DNA from: Octopus vulgaris
Taxonomy: Eukaryota
Reading direction: 5' to 3'
Length of the DNA: 64,000 bases
NCBI GenBank assembly: GCA_951406725.2
Contig: OX597821.1
Location: 29,140,001-29,204,000, forward strand
This document shows positions 41,082-53,926 of this stretch, one piece after another (within the stretch, counting starts at the first letter, position 1; each line of letters starts with the position of its first letter). A model generated the notes under the pieces. That model made no database searches, was not told where the DNA came from, and saw only the letters and a program-made list of their open reading frames with translations. A program made the translations under genes and the position numbers.

Positions 41082-41488
41082 GTGTATACATATATAATGT
41101 AAATATTATATATAATGTACACATAACATATATTAAATGTAATATATATATGCATTATATATATATATATTCATATTGTATATAATATATATATATATTA
41201 TTACATATACATTATATATATATATATACCTTATATATATATATATATATATATAAGCATAAAATATATATACATACAGTACATATATAGAGAGCAAAAG
41301 AAACAGACAAATGGACTGAGGGATAAAGACATCTACATACAGGGTAAACATGATATACTGCACAAATATATGCATATATTGGTGCACGTGTCACTATTGT
41401 CAAACATGTTTTCACTGTAATATGTGTATCCTTGTATCTGTGATATGATATGAATTATAAAACATGCGTGCATAGATAATACATACAT

Positions 41489-41547
<59 letters not shown>

Positions 41548-42829
41548 GTAGGTGTTTGTGTCAATAGGATTGATCATCTGTTAATCTTTCATTCTGACCA
41601 TGGAATGCCAAATGACTATTTAGCTTATACTAATGCTTATGATAGATAAATAATCTTGCTATTACAAGCAGCAAATACACACATGCACACTTATATGCAT
41701 AATATATATGTGTGCATGTTGTGTGCATATGCATTTCTTTTCTATACATGTGTATACTTATATAATGTACAGAGTAGTTTCTGTTCAAGTGTTATCACAC
41801 ACAAAAATATATAAACTTGTACAAGGAAAGGTTAATAGTAACTTCAAAGTTTCTGCATACTAAGCATCATCAAATGATGGCTAGTATGCCTTTTCCTTAC
41901 AAAAATTGATAAGTACTCCACTAGTACGTACTGAGAAATCCTGCACGCCCATATATATACATATATAAAAACATACATACACACTTCAAGAATATGCAAT
42001 ATTCCTGAAGTATATACCAGTTGTTTATATCTAAATGTATTATATATACACACATTTATGAATAATCTTCTTATGTATAAATTATTGAAATTATATACTT
42101 ACTGCTTGATATGTTGATATGAAACATCTACTTATTTATGACACTTTCAAAGACCAATCTAGGGGAATTTTGAAGACATATTCTCTCACCAAGAAGAGTT
42201 TGCTAACAGGAAGGTTCTACGTGCTAATTAAGCTTATTTTACTGTATATAATTATATTCATGAAACTGAATTGGGTAGTTTGTACTTTATAAAATTTAGT
42301 ATTATATGTAGCGAATGTTTGGTACCTACATAAGTTTACTGACTGCCAACTGATGGTCATTTTTAAAGACAAAACCTGCAAGGTGTAGATTGCGCTATTG
42401 TTTTACATGATGAACAACACATAGAAACATGTGGGTGCATAACTAGAAAGCTAAAGTAAGTGTGTGCATGTGAGTAAATTTAATTAGTTGATAAACAAAA
42501 ACCTAGAGAACTTACAGCTCAAATTAATCTAAAAGGGTCCCTTTATACTAATTATAAAGTTAGCTTAGCAGAGTGCTATGACATCCATGCAGCCTTCTTC
42601 AGAGAAGTAAAAGCAGGGAGACAACTCAAGTGTTAACATTTCTGAAATAATTGAATTTACTAAGAAATGCCTAAACAGTGTTAAATATATTTGATATTGC
42701 TGAGATTTCATGTGATAGGTGTATATGAATGGATTAGCAGGTATATATGAGTAGGAGTGATATTTATTAAACATGTGATCAATATGATTTTGTGCATTTG
42801 TTCTTTTATATACGTATATAGATAGAAAG

Positions 42830-42910
<81 letters not shown>

Positions 42911-42936
42911 TAGATAGATAGATAGATATAGATATA

Positions 42937-43185
42937 TAGGGTAAAAAATTACTAATTTGATAATTAACAATTTCACCAAGTAGTTTGGAATGGAAAAAAA
43001 ACCATTATCGGTAAAACTTATATAAAAAGTTTTTTTTATAATTATAAACATAATTAAGGGATCAGCAAAATTTGTTTCACCACATACCAAAATTTAGAAA
43101 TAGCAGTCAAAAATTAGTAGTTTGACTGCTATTTCTAAGTTTTGGTATGTGGTGATGCAACTTTTGCTGAATCCCTTAATTATGT
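42937..43185 (+). mobile_element. Fold-back element ('tagggtaaaa' terminal segment + 138-bp palindrome)
   Basis: Palindrome 43048-43185 centred on tagaaatagcagtcaaa...tttgactgctatttcta; inserted in (TA)n. Confidence 0.75.
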
Positions 43186-43448
43186 ATATATATATATGTA
43201 CACATATACATATATATATATCTTCAAAGTTTTGAAGTTTGATTTTCCATGTTTGCATGGGTCACATGGAAATTATCTAGGTAGATCTTCAACAGCCCAA
43301 TACCTTTCCTATCACCAACACTCACTTGTTTTCAAGCAAAATTATAGCTTCCCGGTAGAAAACATGCTTACATGTAAGACTGAAAACAAATGACACCACT
43401 TAGATGACAGTGACATTTTTTAAAACTATTGTGCCATGTCAAGAGTCA

Positions 43449-43449
<1 letters not shown>

Positions 43450-43497
<48 letters not shown>

Positions 43498-43864
43498 CAT
43501 ATATATATACATATATATGGGGAGCTTCTTTCAGTTTCTGTCTACTAAATCTAATCACAATTCTTTGGTTGGCCCAGAACTGCTGTTCGAAACAATGTAT
43601 CACTCAGTGGGGCTGAACCAGGAACAGTGTATATACATACATACACACACACATATAGATATATATATACATACATATATATATATATATACATATACAT
43701 ACATATATATACATATATATACACATACATATATATACATATATATATATATACACATACATATACACATACATATACATATATATATATATACATATAC
43801 ATATACACATACATATACATATATATATATATACATATATATGTATATATATATGTATACATGT

Positions 43865-43950
<86 letters not shown>
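43450..43950. repeat. (TA)n/(TACA)n/(GA)n microsatellite with a SINE head fragment (43515-43625, minus)
   Basis: Directly visible. Confidence 0.9.
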
Positions 43951-43952
<2 letters not shown>

Positions 43953-43980
43953 TTTAATAGACAGATTAGAGATGCATAAT

Positions 43981-44940
43981 ATAAAATTTTATCAAATTAA
44001 TATCTAGAATTCTTATTCTGAATCCTATAAATTATATAGAGTATGTACGTTTCATGAGCCTTTTACGTCTTGAGCTTATTGCTGAAAAAGGTCTCGAAAT
44101 TCAATACCGTATCAATTCAACTATGTTACCAATCTTTAGGTCTGGATTATATAAAACTATTTTTCTATTTACATCCAATATAAAAACATTTTAGTATTGA
44201 CATCCAATATAAAGACATGACAATTACAATATTCTAAAATGTATTGGTTTAGTAATTTGGTGTACTTGTTTGCCTATCTTTATGTATGGTTGTTTGTTGA
44301 TGTAGGCATATTAAATAAAATAAATGAACCACGTAAAAATTTGACTATTCCCATCATACAGTTATTTTCGGCTTCTAGTTTTTTATCACTTACTTCCCTC
44401 ACATGGTAAATATATAAAATAGTAAATATATTTTAAGAACTCTTAAATGTTAATTTGTTATTTTCGGCTTCTAGTTTTTTATCACTTACTTCCCTCACAT
44501 GGTAAATATATAAAATAGTAAATATATTTTAAGAACTCTTAAATGTTAATTTGAATTATATCCCATACACCGTAGCTCTCAAAGTTGGATTTATGTTCTT
44601 TACTAGGAAGCCATGATTAATTTACGGCGAGGAATTACCAAAAAGATAAGTTAACATTTCTTGTTCATATTTTTTAAATTTTTATCTCTTAGTAATGAAA
44701 AATTATTTTCGAAGATTTATAGTTGTATAATTGTGATTGTCATGTCTTTATGTTAAATAGTAATATAGTTTTATATAATCTAGACCTGAAGATCGGCAGT
44801 ATAGTCAGATTAATATGGTATTGAATTTCGAGACCTATTTCAGCAATACCGATAGATATTGTCATGAAACACGTGTAGTCTATATAATTTAATATAGGAT
44901 TCAGAATAAAAATTGTAGATATTAATTTGATAAAATTTAA
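43981..44940. mobile_element. ~960-bp element with long diverged inverted arms carrying a hammerhead motif (inverted Penelope-like pLTRs)
   Basis: 43981-~44230 is the imperfect reverse complement of ~44725-44940; internal 96-bp tandem duplication 44361-44456/44457-44552. Confidence 0.7.
44781..44882 (+). ncRNA. Type-I hammerhead-like ribozyme with enlarged loop II
   Basis: Stem I TAGAC/GTCTA perfect; CTGAAGA 44786-44792; GAAAC 44866-44870; palindromic ACGT loop; GTA cleavage triplet 44875-44877; stem II imperfect. Confidence 0.6.
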
Positions 44941-45106
44941 TATATATATCTATCATAAATAATGTCGTTCAATGTAGATTGAGTTGCTTGGAGGTGGTTC
45001 TGTCTCTTAAACCTATCTATTTATATAATACAGGGAGTAATTCATTTTAGTACCACTAAATTGAATTTCTCTCCCCTGTGGACTCAGAAATAACTTCCCT
45101 AATATT

Positions 45107-45149
<43 letters not shown>

Positions 45150-45235
45150 TTGAAATTTAGAGAAAAACAAAAGACGAAGACAAGTGTATAAATAACAATC
45201 AGGGGTATTAGTTTAATGTTTGTGAAGGTGAGAAA

Positions 45236-45275
45236 GTCTTTCACGTTTCGAGCCTACGCTCTTCAACAGAAAGGA
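45236..45275 (-). ncRNA. Minimal hammerhead-like variant within a Penelope-type 3' end (~45145-45330)
   Basis: rc: cttt-CTGtTGA-a-GAGC-gtag-GCTC-GAAAC-GTg-aaag. Confidence 0.45.
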
Positions 45276-45834
45276 ACATGAGGAAATAAAAAAAAACTTT
45301 TGGAGCTAGCGGCCAATCTGTTGAATGATATGATTTAATCTAGGGAAACCCTGAGGGGGCACTTCTATGAACAAAGGTATTTCAGTTGTTATCATACTTA
45401 CATAATTGTGTGAAGGTTACACAGAATTACATTGTCTAAAATGTCCATTCCTTATTTCAGACAACACAGGGTCATTTAAAAAGATGTAGGTGCTATTTCT
45501 AGTGAATCCATTAAACACATAAAAGCTCTCTCATTGGCTCAATGCATACTATTCATATTCATTCAGTCACATATTTATGCTTCAGATTTGTTTCATTTAA
45601 TGTATTGTTATGCTTCTGTACACAAATAAATATTTATCGAGGATATGGTCATGTCCATTTTAAATATGTATATAGTAGTCTAATATCTTTTTATTAAAAT
45701 AATTCTTATCATATTTTTTTTTTACATATGGACTTCTGAATCCTATTTTTCATGATTTTATGGTTTACACTGTATTTTAATTAGCCCTTACCTTTAATCA
45801 TCTTTATTCATCTTATATACACACTTGCCCACCC

Positions 45835-45891
<57 letters not shown>

Positions 45892-45901
45892 AATATACAC
45901 G

Positions 45902-45957
<56 letters not shown>

Positions 45958-47910
45958 TACACACACACACAAATCTTCTAGAATGGCCTGCATGTAATGG
46001 TTCATATATATGAAATCTTTATATCCTGCCCCTTATTTGAAAAGGAGAATCTTGCCCAAAATATTATAGGATCATTAAAGAACCTAGCAAGGTAATGCAT
46101 ATTCTTTCCTTTGTTTTCATGCATTGACATCACCTTACATATATTGCCTAATTTCTCACCTGTATTATTCTAATGTCCTTTTATAAGCTAATATATATAT
46201 ATATATATGTTGAGAGAGACACACATACATACAGAAACACATATGTATACATATTTCTTTAAGCTGTGTTTGTATTCAGAACCTTTATTTCTAATGACAG
46301 GTGTAAGACAATAACACAATGGTTAATGTGCATTAAAAACTTCCATTGGGAACAAATTTTCTGAGATGAAAAAATCCAGCCCAGAGAATATGTATAATTG
46401 TATAAGCTAGAAAAAACTTTGATCGGATTCAAATGCAGGGTGAAAAAATATATAGATATATATAAAAAATATATATTAAAAAAGTCTATGTAAGATGTGT
46501 TAATAATGTTAATCTTAATATTGATATTAATTATTATTACTATTATTGTTATTATCATTATTATTATTATTATTATTATTATGGAGATATGACAAAAAGC
46601 TTGGTTTATATTGTTTTTCTTTTATATTAAGCTCATATAAGAAGTACATTCTTAATCATTCATTTAGCAGCCAAGCTATTGAAGAACATAAATGGCACAA
46701 CATTAAATTGGTCAACAAACATTCTGTAAATTTGAACAGGAAAATGAGTTAGTGTATGTGTGTATGTGTGAACACAGATTTCTTTGAATGCTGACAAAGG
46801 GGGTGGGTTGGGGATGATGCTACCTCAAAGAATGTCACATTAAGAAGATGCCTACTGTCCACACTGAAGATACAGTGTGTATAGTTGGTTGAGCTGAAGC
46901 ATGTAGATTTAAGTGTTTGTAAAGGAAACTCATAAACACCATACATTCAAACTCAAAACCCACAAGCTGAAATCTAATATTTTATTCATTTGGTTACTGT
47001 GCAGAAAAGTTATTGAATGTATAAACTATGGATACTTAAATTAGTTGGTAAGGACGAGTCTATATTCATTAAATAGATATGGGTGTGTGTGTGTTTTTGT
47101 GTGTGTGAGTGTATGTGTGTGTGTGTGTGTAAAGCATAATTCTCTCAAGGTTTCTCGATATGATTCTCTGAGAAATAGATATTTATCTACTGATATTTCT
47201 GATGCCTGATGAAATGCCAGGTGATTTCTGATTGCATAATGCATCAATTATGAATAAATTACCATACTGTTAAGACATTGTAACATGTGTTCAATTGTTA
47301 TTATCTATTCGGCTTTTTATTTGATATGTATAAACACACACACACACAATCATCATTTTACCTCTCTCAGTACTGAAATAGGTCAGACAAGTATAACAAT
47401 GCTTTGCTAGTTTATGAAAGAAAAATAAAAAAAATTTTGTGTGTTTTTTTACAATTTTTCATGTCTGGATACCTGTCTCTTCACCAACTCCTTACAGAAT
47501 GGAGAAAACAGATTGAATTGTGCAATCACCCCTAGTTAAGCGGATGTCTACAAATAGTTATAGATATATGAATAGGTACATATGAGTTTATATATACTGT
47601 AGATATGTTATTCCATCATTAGACTAGACTATAAGTCTATATGCCTTGCATTACCTGAATGAACAGAATAAGAAGTAATATTGGGAATATGTTTTCTCTT
47701 TCAGCGTATTTGATGCTGTGGGAGGCAAAAGTAATTTGTTCCAAAGCAAGGATATGTATATACACATACACATGTAAGTAATTATCTATTATCAAATGTG
47801 TGTGTGTGTGTGTGTGTGTATTGGAAACATAATAAAATTCTAATTTCATTTTCTTTATAAAGGAGCTTTTCTGGCCCTTGTAGTTGGGTGTAATAAAATT
47901 CTTAAGTTAA

Positions 47911-47953
47911 TCATCAACATTTGTAGAACTTCACATTCTCATCTTCAGGATGA
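47911..47953 (-). ncRNA. Decayed hammerhead-like motif
   Basis: rc: tcatc-CTGAAGA-tg-agaa...ttct-ac-aaat-GTT-gatga (stem I tcatc/gatga intact, GAAA decayed). Confidence 0.35.
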
Positions 47954-48028
47954 AGTGAAGTTGGCATATGCTGTTGACTTTTCCTGCACTACTTCTGCAC
48001 TACAATGCTTCAAGTGAACTACAATGCT

Positions 48029-48071
<43 letters not shown>

Positions 48072-49127
48072 TTTGCACACACACTCACAAGAAGCCATGT
48101 CTAATGGAAAACTTTAAATTTTTTCTTTCTGTTCATTAGCTGGTTTGGAATTTAAATTAAAATTCTTCACGTTTCACTTGAGTGAAATCCAATATATAAA
48201 ATCATTCCTTTAACAAGTATATTTTGATGAGCTTTAATCATTAATATTTGATAAGTTTCTTTTGAAAATAAAAGAACCCCCTCCACTCCAAAGGATAAAA
48301 ATAGCAATAATATTAAATTGATACTAAAATATCTGGAGAAGTTTCACTTGGGTGTTAAACCAGGTGAAATCTCTAAAGCCGTAGCAGTAGCCAAATGGTA
48401 TGCGAATGCTATCATATTTAAGGTATGAAGCAACAGACAGATAACTAGAAATAAATTTGCAGTGAGCAAAAAGCAATATCAGTCAAAGAATAACATGTTT
48501 ACCTGGCAAGTTTTCTAGAAATATGGGAAACAACTCTGGGCATATTATTCTGACCTTCTTAGAAAATCATAAAATTTATAGTGGTTGCTAAATTGGGGAT
48601 GAATAAATCACTAAATATGTACAAGACTTCATTTATATTAGTGTAGAAAAATAGATGTTTGTTGTTTTTAAAAAAAAAAAAAAAAATTGCACTCAGGCAT
48701 ACACACTCACATGTAAATAATACAAAGTCAATGTCTAGATAATGTAACCAAATGGTTGATTGTTCACAAGATTTAATTCACCTTCCAATAACCAAGTGTC
48801 AGGAGCAACTAGAGATTTCTTCGAGCCAACATGGAGGCTTGATTCAACTAGAAATAGCAGCTAAATTTCCCATAAATTACACATCCTTAACATCTTTGGA
48901 ATGCTTTTAAATATAGATCTGTTCACTTATGGTTGACCTAAAAACAGTTATTTTATTAAAAGAACCTGTAATATTTACTGGGAGTAAATACCACATTTCC
49001 ATTTGCTTGCCAGGTTGAGTTTATATGGTAACGTGTCCTCAAGGAGGGCCTGAAAAATTTAAACAACAGCAGGCTACTCTAGTAGCCACATGATGGTCAT
49101 TCAATACAGATACTTGTCCTGATTGCA

Positions 49128-49345
49128 GGTTGCATGTGACAATATGTGATAAGAAGCTGCATGTGACAACATGGTATATGTGATAACAAGTTGCATGTAA
49201 CAACACATGATACTACTATGAACAAGCTGAATGTAACAACACATGATGCATATGGTAATAGACAGCATGTAATGATAATATCTGACACATATGATAACAG
49301 GTGGCAGCATGTCATACATGGGATAAACAGGTAGCATTTTATGAC
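49128..49345. repeat. Degenerate minisatellite, ~29-33-bp unit
   Basis: gcatgtgacaac...atatgtgataacaagtt repeated ~6-7 times. Confidence 0.8.
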
Positions 49346-51591
49346 ACCAGTTGTCCCTCATTATGTTAATCATGCACAGAAAATCATAATGAAGTGGCTA
49401 TCTTACACATATAGAGGAATTCCACAAACAAGTATTACATCATGGTAATTGCCAATATTTGTCAAGTGTGATATGCCATAACAAAACAGGCGGTGGGGAA
49501 ATAGGAAGCTAATATGGCAGCAAATGCAGTAATTATATTAAATTAACAAATAAAATTCAAAGAAAATAATGACATATTTTTGCAATTTGCAAAAAAAAAA
49601 AAAAAAAATTTGTAATTCTAACTTGTCCATTTGAAATGGGGAATTTTCTTACATAATTAATTATTGCTGTTAAACCCTTTTAATACCAACCCACCTGAGA
49701 CAAGCCATATGTGAATATATGTTTTTACAAAAATTTAGTTTCAAATCTATGAACATGAGAGATGTCATGAAATTTCCCTTGGTTGACACAAGCAAAATGC
49801 ATGCCAATTTATGAAGTCACAGGATTTACCTTAAACTTCACCAAAGTCTCAGTAATATTGAAAATCTAATGAAAACTATATAGAATAATAGAATAATACC
49901 ATAAGAAATAGTCACAAAAGAATGGTAAATCCCAGTTGTGACCATCCTATCGTTTTCCGTTTTGGCAGATTAGGATTATCACAGTCTATATAATCCAATG
50001 TATCCATCCATTTTATTATTTCTATATCAGAAGGGTGTGATTGCAAAGATGTTTGGTTCCTATTTCTAGCAGGATGAGTGGTTGAATAAATGCTTTCCAC
50101 ACTGGCTTACATTGTTTTAATGGGCTTCCTTTAAAGGGTATGTGTGTGTATAGATACATATACATATCTGCATGAATTAGGAAACGGTGCTGATTAAAAT
50201 TTTGTAAATAGAATTACAAGCTTTCAATTCTACAAAAATAACTATAAGTGTATGTATATATAGATATATACATCATCATCATCATCGTTTAATGTCCGTT
50301 CGCCATGCTAGCATGGGTTGGACGGTCATATGCATATCTTTACATACATGAATATATATACACACAATATATATATATATATAGATAGATATATATATAT
50401 AGATATATGTGTGTGTGTATGTATACATGAATGTATGTATAATTTAATTTTTCATTTGTGTTTCTATTCTTACATGGAATGAGATACTGTGTTGCTAGAA
50501 CAAAAGAACATGTCAATTCTTACAGAAACCACTGGATACCATATCCATTGCTAAATGCACAGATATACAAATGAGCGCACCTAGATTTATGTCAGACAAG
50601 AAACCTAGAGAAGGTAGAAATATGGCTGCTTCAGTTGGAAGAAGAAGCCATTGTGATTGTGAAAGAATTTATTAATTAGCATTGTGGCCAATAGACCAAT
50701 ACCTTCACACTTAAGGGCCAAGAATCTCTTATTAATAGTGATTTCAAACACATGTGCAAGGCCACAAATACTTCTAATATATTTTTCTTGTTGCAGGGGC
50801 AGAGAGAAACGGTCACTTATATCAACCCTAGTACTTTATTGGTACCTATTTCATCTACCCTGAAGCCATTATGATTATTATTATTACTATAACTGAATTT
50901 TCCAGAATACAAGTCAAGATTTTAAGACCCAAATTTGTAGTCAAAAAGGCAGGTCGACTTATATACCAAGATGACTTTGGTGGGCTAAAAATTTTAAGTG
51001 AAATGTAATAGGATTTAGAAAGATAGTGCTGGTGTTTGAACGTTTACACTATGACTGGTATGCCCGAAAATACATTAACCATCATCATCATCATCGTCAT
51101 CATCATAACCAAAGTCCAATTTTGCTTTCTCTGGGGTTGATAAAATTAAAGTACCAGTCAAGTACTGGTGCTGATAATATTGACTAACACCCTCCCATCA
51201 AGATTGCTGGCCAAGTGCCTAAATCAGAAACCATTGCTGTTCTTGTTTTTTTTTTTTTTTTTTTTTTTTTGCGGATTAACTTGGCAATGCATCCTGTATT
51301 CTTTCCTTTACTTCTTTCTTTAACTGCATTAGGTCTGTGAGAGAGCAAGAAAGAGAGAGACAGACAGAGAGAAATAGAGTGGAGATGGTGGTGGGGAATA
51401 ACTATTACGTAGTTTACTTCTTATTTTGCCTGTCTGTCTTCCTTACCTGCCAGAATATAAAGATGTTATTGTGAATGGGAAATGACAGTAAGACACTAAC
51501 AGATTTCTATGAGTGAATGGACTTGATTTCCTTCTGACTCTTATACACCTTAACATATGTATTCCTATGCATGTAAATAGCCACTTGGACA

Positions 51592-51622
<31 letters not shown>

Positions 51623-51966
51623 ATGTACTCAATGATTACATTTGGTACTTTTTGTAGTGCTTTTTTAAATTTTATTTTAGCCAGTTTTCACATGTTGCCA
51701 TATGCATGTATTGGTGCATTTTATTTTAGAAAAAAAAAAAAGGAAAAAGAAACATAACTAAATACAGTAAAAGCAACAACTAACAAATACAGTAGCAGAG
51801 CAGCAGCGGGCATGTAGCAGCAGCAGCGAGCAAGTAGCAGCAGCAGCGGTACTGCAATGGGCGGGAGGGCAGCAGTGGGAGAGCACAGGCGTTCTTGGAG
51901 TCCAAAAAAAAGTTTAAAAAAAAAAGAAAACAATGAAAATATGGAATATGAGTAAAAGGTACTTAC

Positions 51967-53926
51967 ACTAGAGAAGTGGGCTAGTGAGCCAAGCTGCTTT
52001 GAGTCCGCATACTTTGGGAAACTATAGGGTAGGACACCAAGGGAGAATTCTGGGCAGACAGGGGTAAGCTTTGGTGGGGCGTTCGTTGCGCAAGGCTAAC
52101 TGGGGGTGGCAAGTTCTGCTGAAGAGACGCTGGGGTGAGAGAGACGGCTGAAATGTTACTTTGTGGTAGTGAGACAGGCACTATTGTGGGGGGGTTAATC
52201 GTGACTGAAGGACTTAAAGACTGCGCCGACAGGCTGCACTGCGCTTGTGGAGGTGGGCCAAGCTGTTCTCTCGCGATGCGCTGCTGCAAAGCGTGCTGGG
52301 AAACTAAGTCATTGTTCATAGCTATTTGCTGCGCCAGGCTGTTATTTATATGGTTCAATTGCTGTTGGCTCGGCGTCGGTGCAACTCCTCCAGTTGCAAC
52401 CCCCGCCGCCGCAAGACTCTGACTAACTGATAGCGCTTGACTCACGGGTACATTAATTGTTTGAACATGGTTTGATTTGCTAACGCGGTAGCGGGCATTT
52501 TGCTCGAGCAGAACTTCATTGGCTGCAGTCAAATCTGCAACCTGCTTTTTCATCTCTTCCACTTTGCGTCTCAACATATTGTTCTCCTCATCCAGTAGTT
52601 GGTAGCTAAGTGGACGAATTGTTGTGTAGCGGGCTTCAAATGATGAAGTGAATCCATCGAGATCTGCACGTCTGCGTTTCAGTGCGCTGTGTCCATAATC
52701 AAACCTGTTATCAAAACGATCAAAGTCGTCTTCTGCTGGGTCATAAGAGTTTTGAGTCTGATGATTGGGGCGATGATCAGTGGTTGACTTTCTTAGTTCA
52801 TATTCATATTCTGCAACAGATAGGTGCCGGAACTTGCATTTTGCTCCACGTTTGCACTCACCCTTCAAGAAGTCTTTGCAAATTGGGATCTCACCTTTCA
52901 GTAATGGAAGTTCATGGGGTGCAACGCCAATACCAAGAGCTGCAGCCTGTTGCAATCGTACTGGAAGCTGTGCAGTTTGCTTGTAGTACTCCTCCTCTTC
53001 GCGAGTGCAGTGGAGAAACTTGCAGTTGAGACGACGACATCTGGTATTTTGGTAATCATGACAGAAGGTATACTCATGTTGCTTCCCCAACTCTTTGGCT
53101 TCACCAGCTTCAGGATGCCTGTATCTGCAGTGCTTGCCACGCCTGCAAACATTGCGCAAGAAGTCTCTGCAAATATCATCTCCTTTGCCATTTAATTTCT
53201 CATATTTATCCTCACTCCCGCTTTCACTGTTTCGGTCTGACATGGTGTGTGTCAAAAACGCAGTGTTGGACGGTAACCCTCGAGTCATGCAAGTAGATTT
53301 TGCGTGTGTCCTCTTCTTGACGAATTGGTCAAATTCAATGAGATATTCTTGTGCTTCAAGCTGTTGCTTAGTGATCAATGAGTCGCTGTTGTTGCTGCTG
53401 CTGTTAGTGTTATTTTAAAATTTTCCTTTGGATACTTCTGTATAAACTACAATGAAAACGTCAGTATTTTGACTATATATATCATATACGTATATATTTT
53501 TTCTCCTTTTATATATTTCTTCAAACAATTTTTATTTTCAATGTTTTTTTAATTTAGTTGTTAGCTTATTTATTTATCATTTTGAGATTTGGATTGATGC
53601 ACTTTTGAAATATTTTGTTCATTTTACAGTTTATATTTTGCATATTTATATACATGTGTATGGACATATATAAATATATATATAATGATATATTTACATA
53701 TACATGGGTATATATATATATATTCTTTTTGCAGTTCTTTCTCTTTGTATTTTTCGAGTTTTGCTTTCTCTTGGAGTTATTTCATCGCAAGGAAATGGTT
53801 GTTTTTTTTAAAAAAAAATAGGAAAATTAGGAGAGCAAAGGAAAAAGCCTGCAGCCGCAGGGATGAATGCAAGGTCGCCAAATCAACTTAGCCTGACTTC
53901 AGAATAAACCTGCAGCGTTCATGAGA
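51967..53926 (-). other. ZC3H10: Predicted ZC3H10 coding exon (5'UTR part + whole CDS + 14 nt of 3'UTR)
   Basis: Minus-strand acceptor ataattttgtctttctattttcAG| (AG at 53928-53927) and donor AGT|GTAAGT (51966-51961). Confidence 0.6.
51981..53243 (-). CDS. ZC3H10: Zinc finger CCCH domain-containing protein 10 (RNA-binding, 3 CCCH fingers, coiled coil, Q/P/S-rich tail), ~420 aa, CDS in a single exon
   Basis: ORF 51981..53378. Fingers CRDFLRNVCRRGKHCRYRH, CHDYQNTRCRRLNCKFLH and CKDFLKGECKRGAKCKFRH, the linker LPVRLQQAAALGIG and the coiled coil LDEENNMLRRKVEEMKKQVADLTAANEVLLEQNA match vertebrate ZC3H10 as I recall it. The ATG at 53243 (MSDRNS, cf. human MPDRDS) has good Kozak context CACACC-ATG. 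The ORF-track start at 53378 is a TTG. Confidence 0.95.
   Translation of the reverse strand: MSDRNSESGSEDKYEKLNGKGDDICRDFLRNVCRRGKHCRYRHPEAGEAKELGKQHEYTFCHDYQNTRCRRLNCKFLHCTREEEEYYKQTAQLPVRLQQAAALGIGVAPHELPLLKGEIPICKDFLKGECKRGAKCKFRHLSVAEYEYELRKSTTDHRPNHQTQNSYDPAEDDFDRFDNRFDYGHSALKRRRADLDGFTSSFEARYTTIRPLSYQLLDEENNMLRRKVEEMKKQVADLTAANEVLLEQNARYRVSKSNHVQTINVPVSQALSVSQSLAAAGVATGGVAPTPSQQQLNHINNSLAQQIAMNNDLVSQHALQQRIAREQLGPPPQAQCSLSAQSLSPSVTINPPTIVPVSLPQSNISAVSLTPASLQQNLPPPVSLAQRTPHQSLPLSAQNSPLVSYPIVSQSMRTQSSLAH

Noticed and set aside
49128-49345. CRISPR-like array of ~30-bp periodicity (also 27180-27370)
   Set aside because: Eukaryotic context, degenerate units without unique spacers, no cas genes; minisatellite or SINE-internal repeats.
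53244-53378. 465-aa version of ZC3H10 starting at 53378
   Set aside because: The start is TTG; similarity to known ZC3H10 and a good Kozak context begin at ATG 53243.
52135-53418. Several ORFs overlapping ZC3H10 on the opposite strand or in other frames
   Set aside because: Shadows of a GC-richer real CDS; no recognisable domains.
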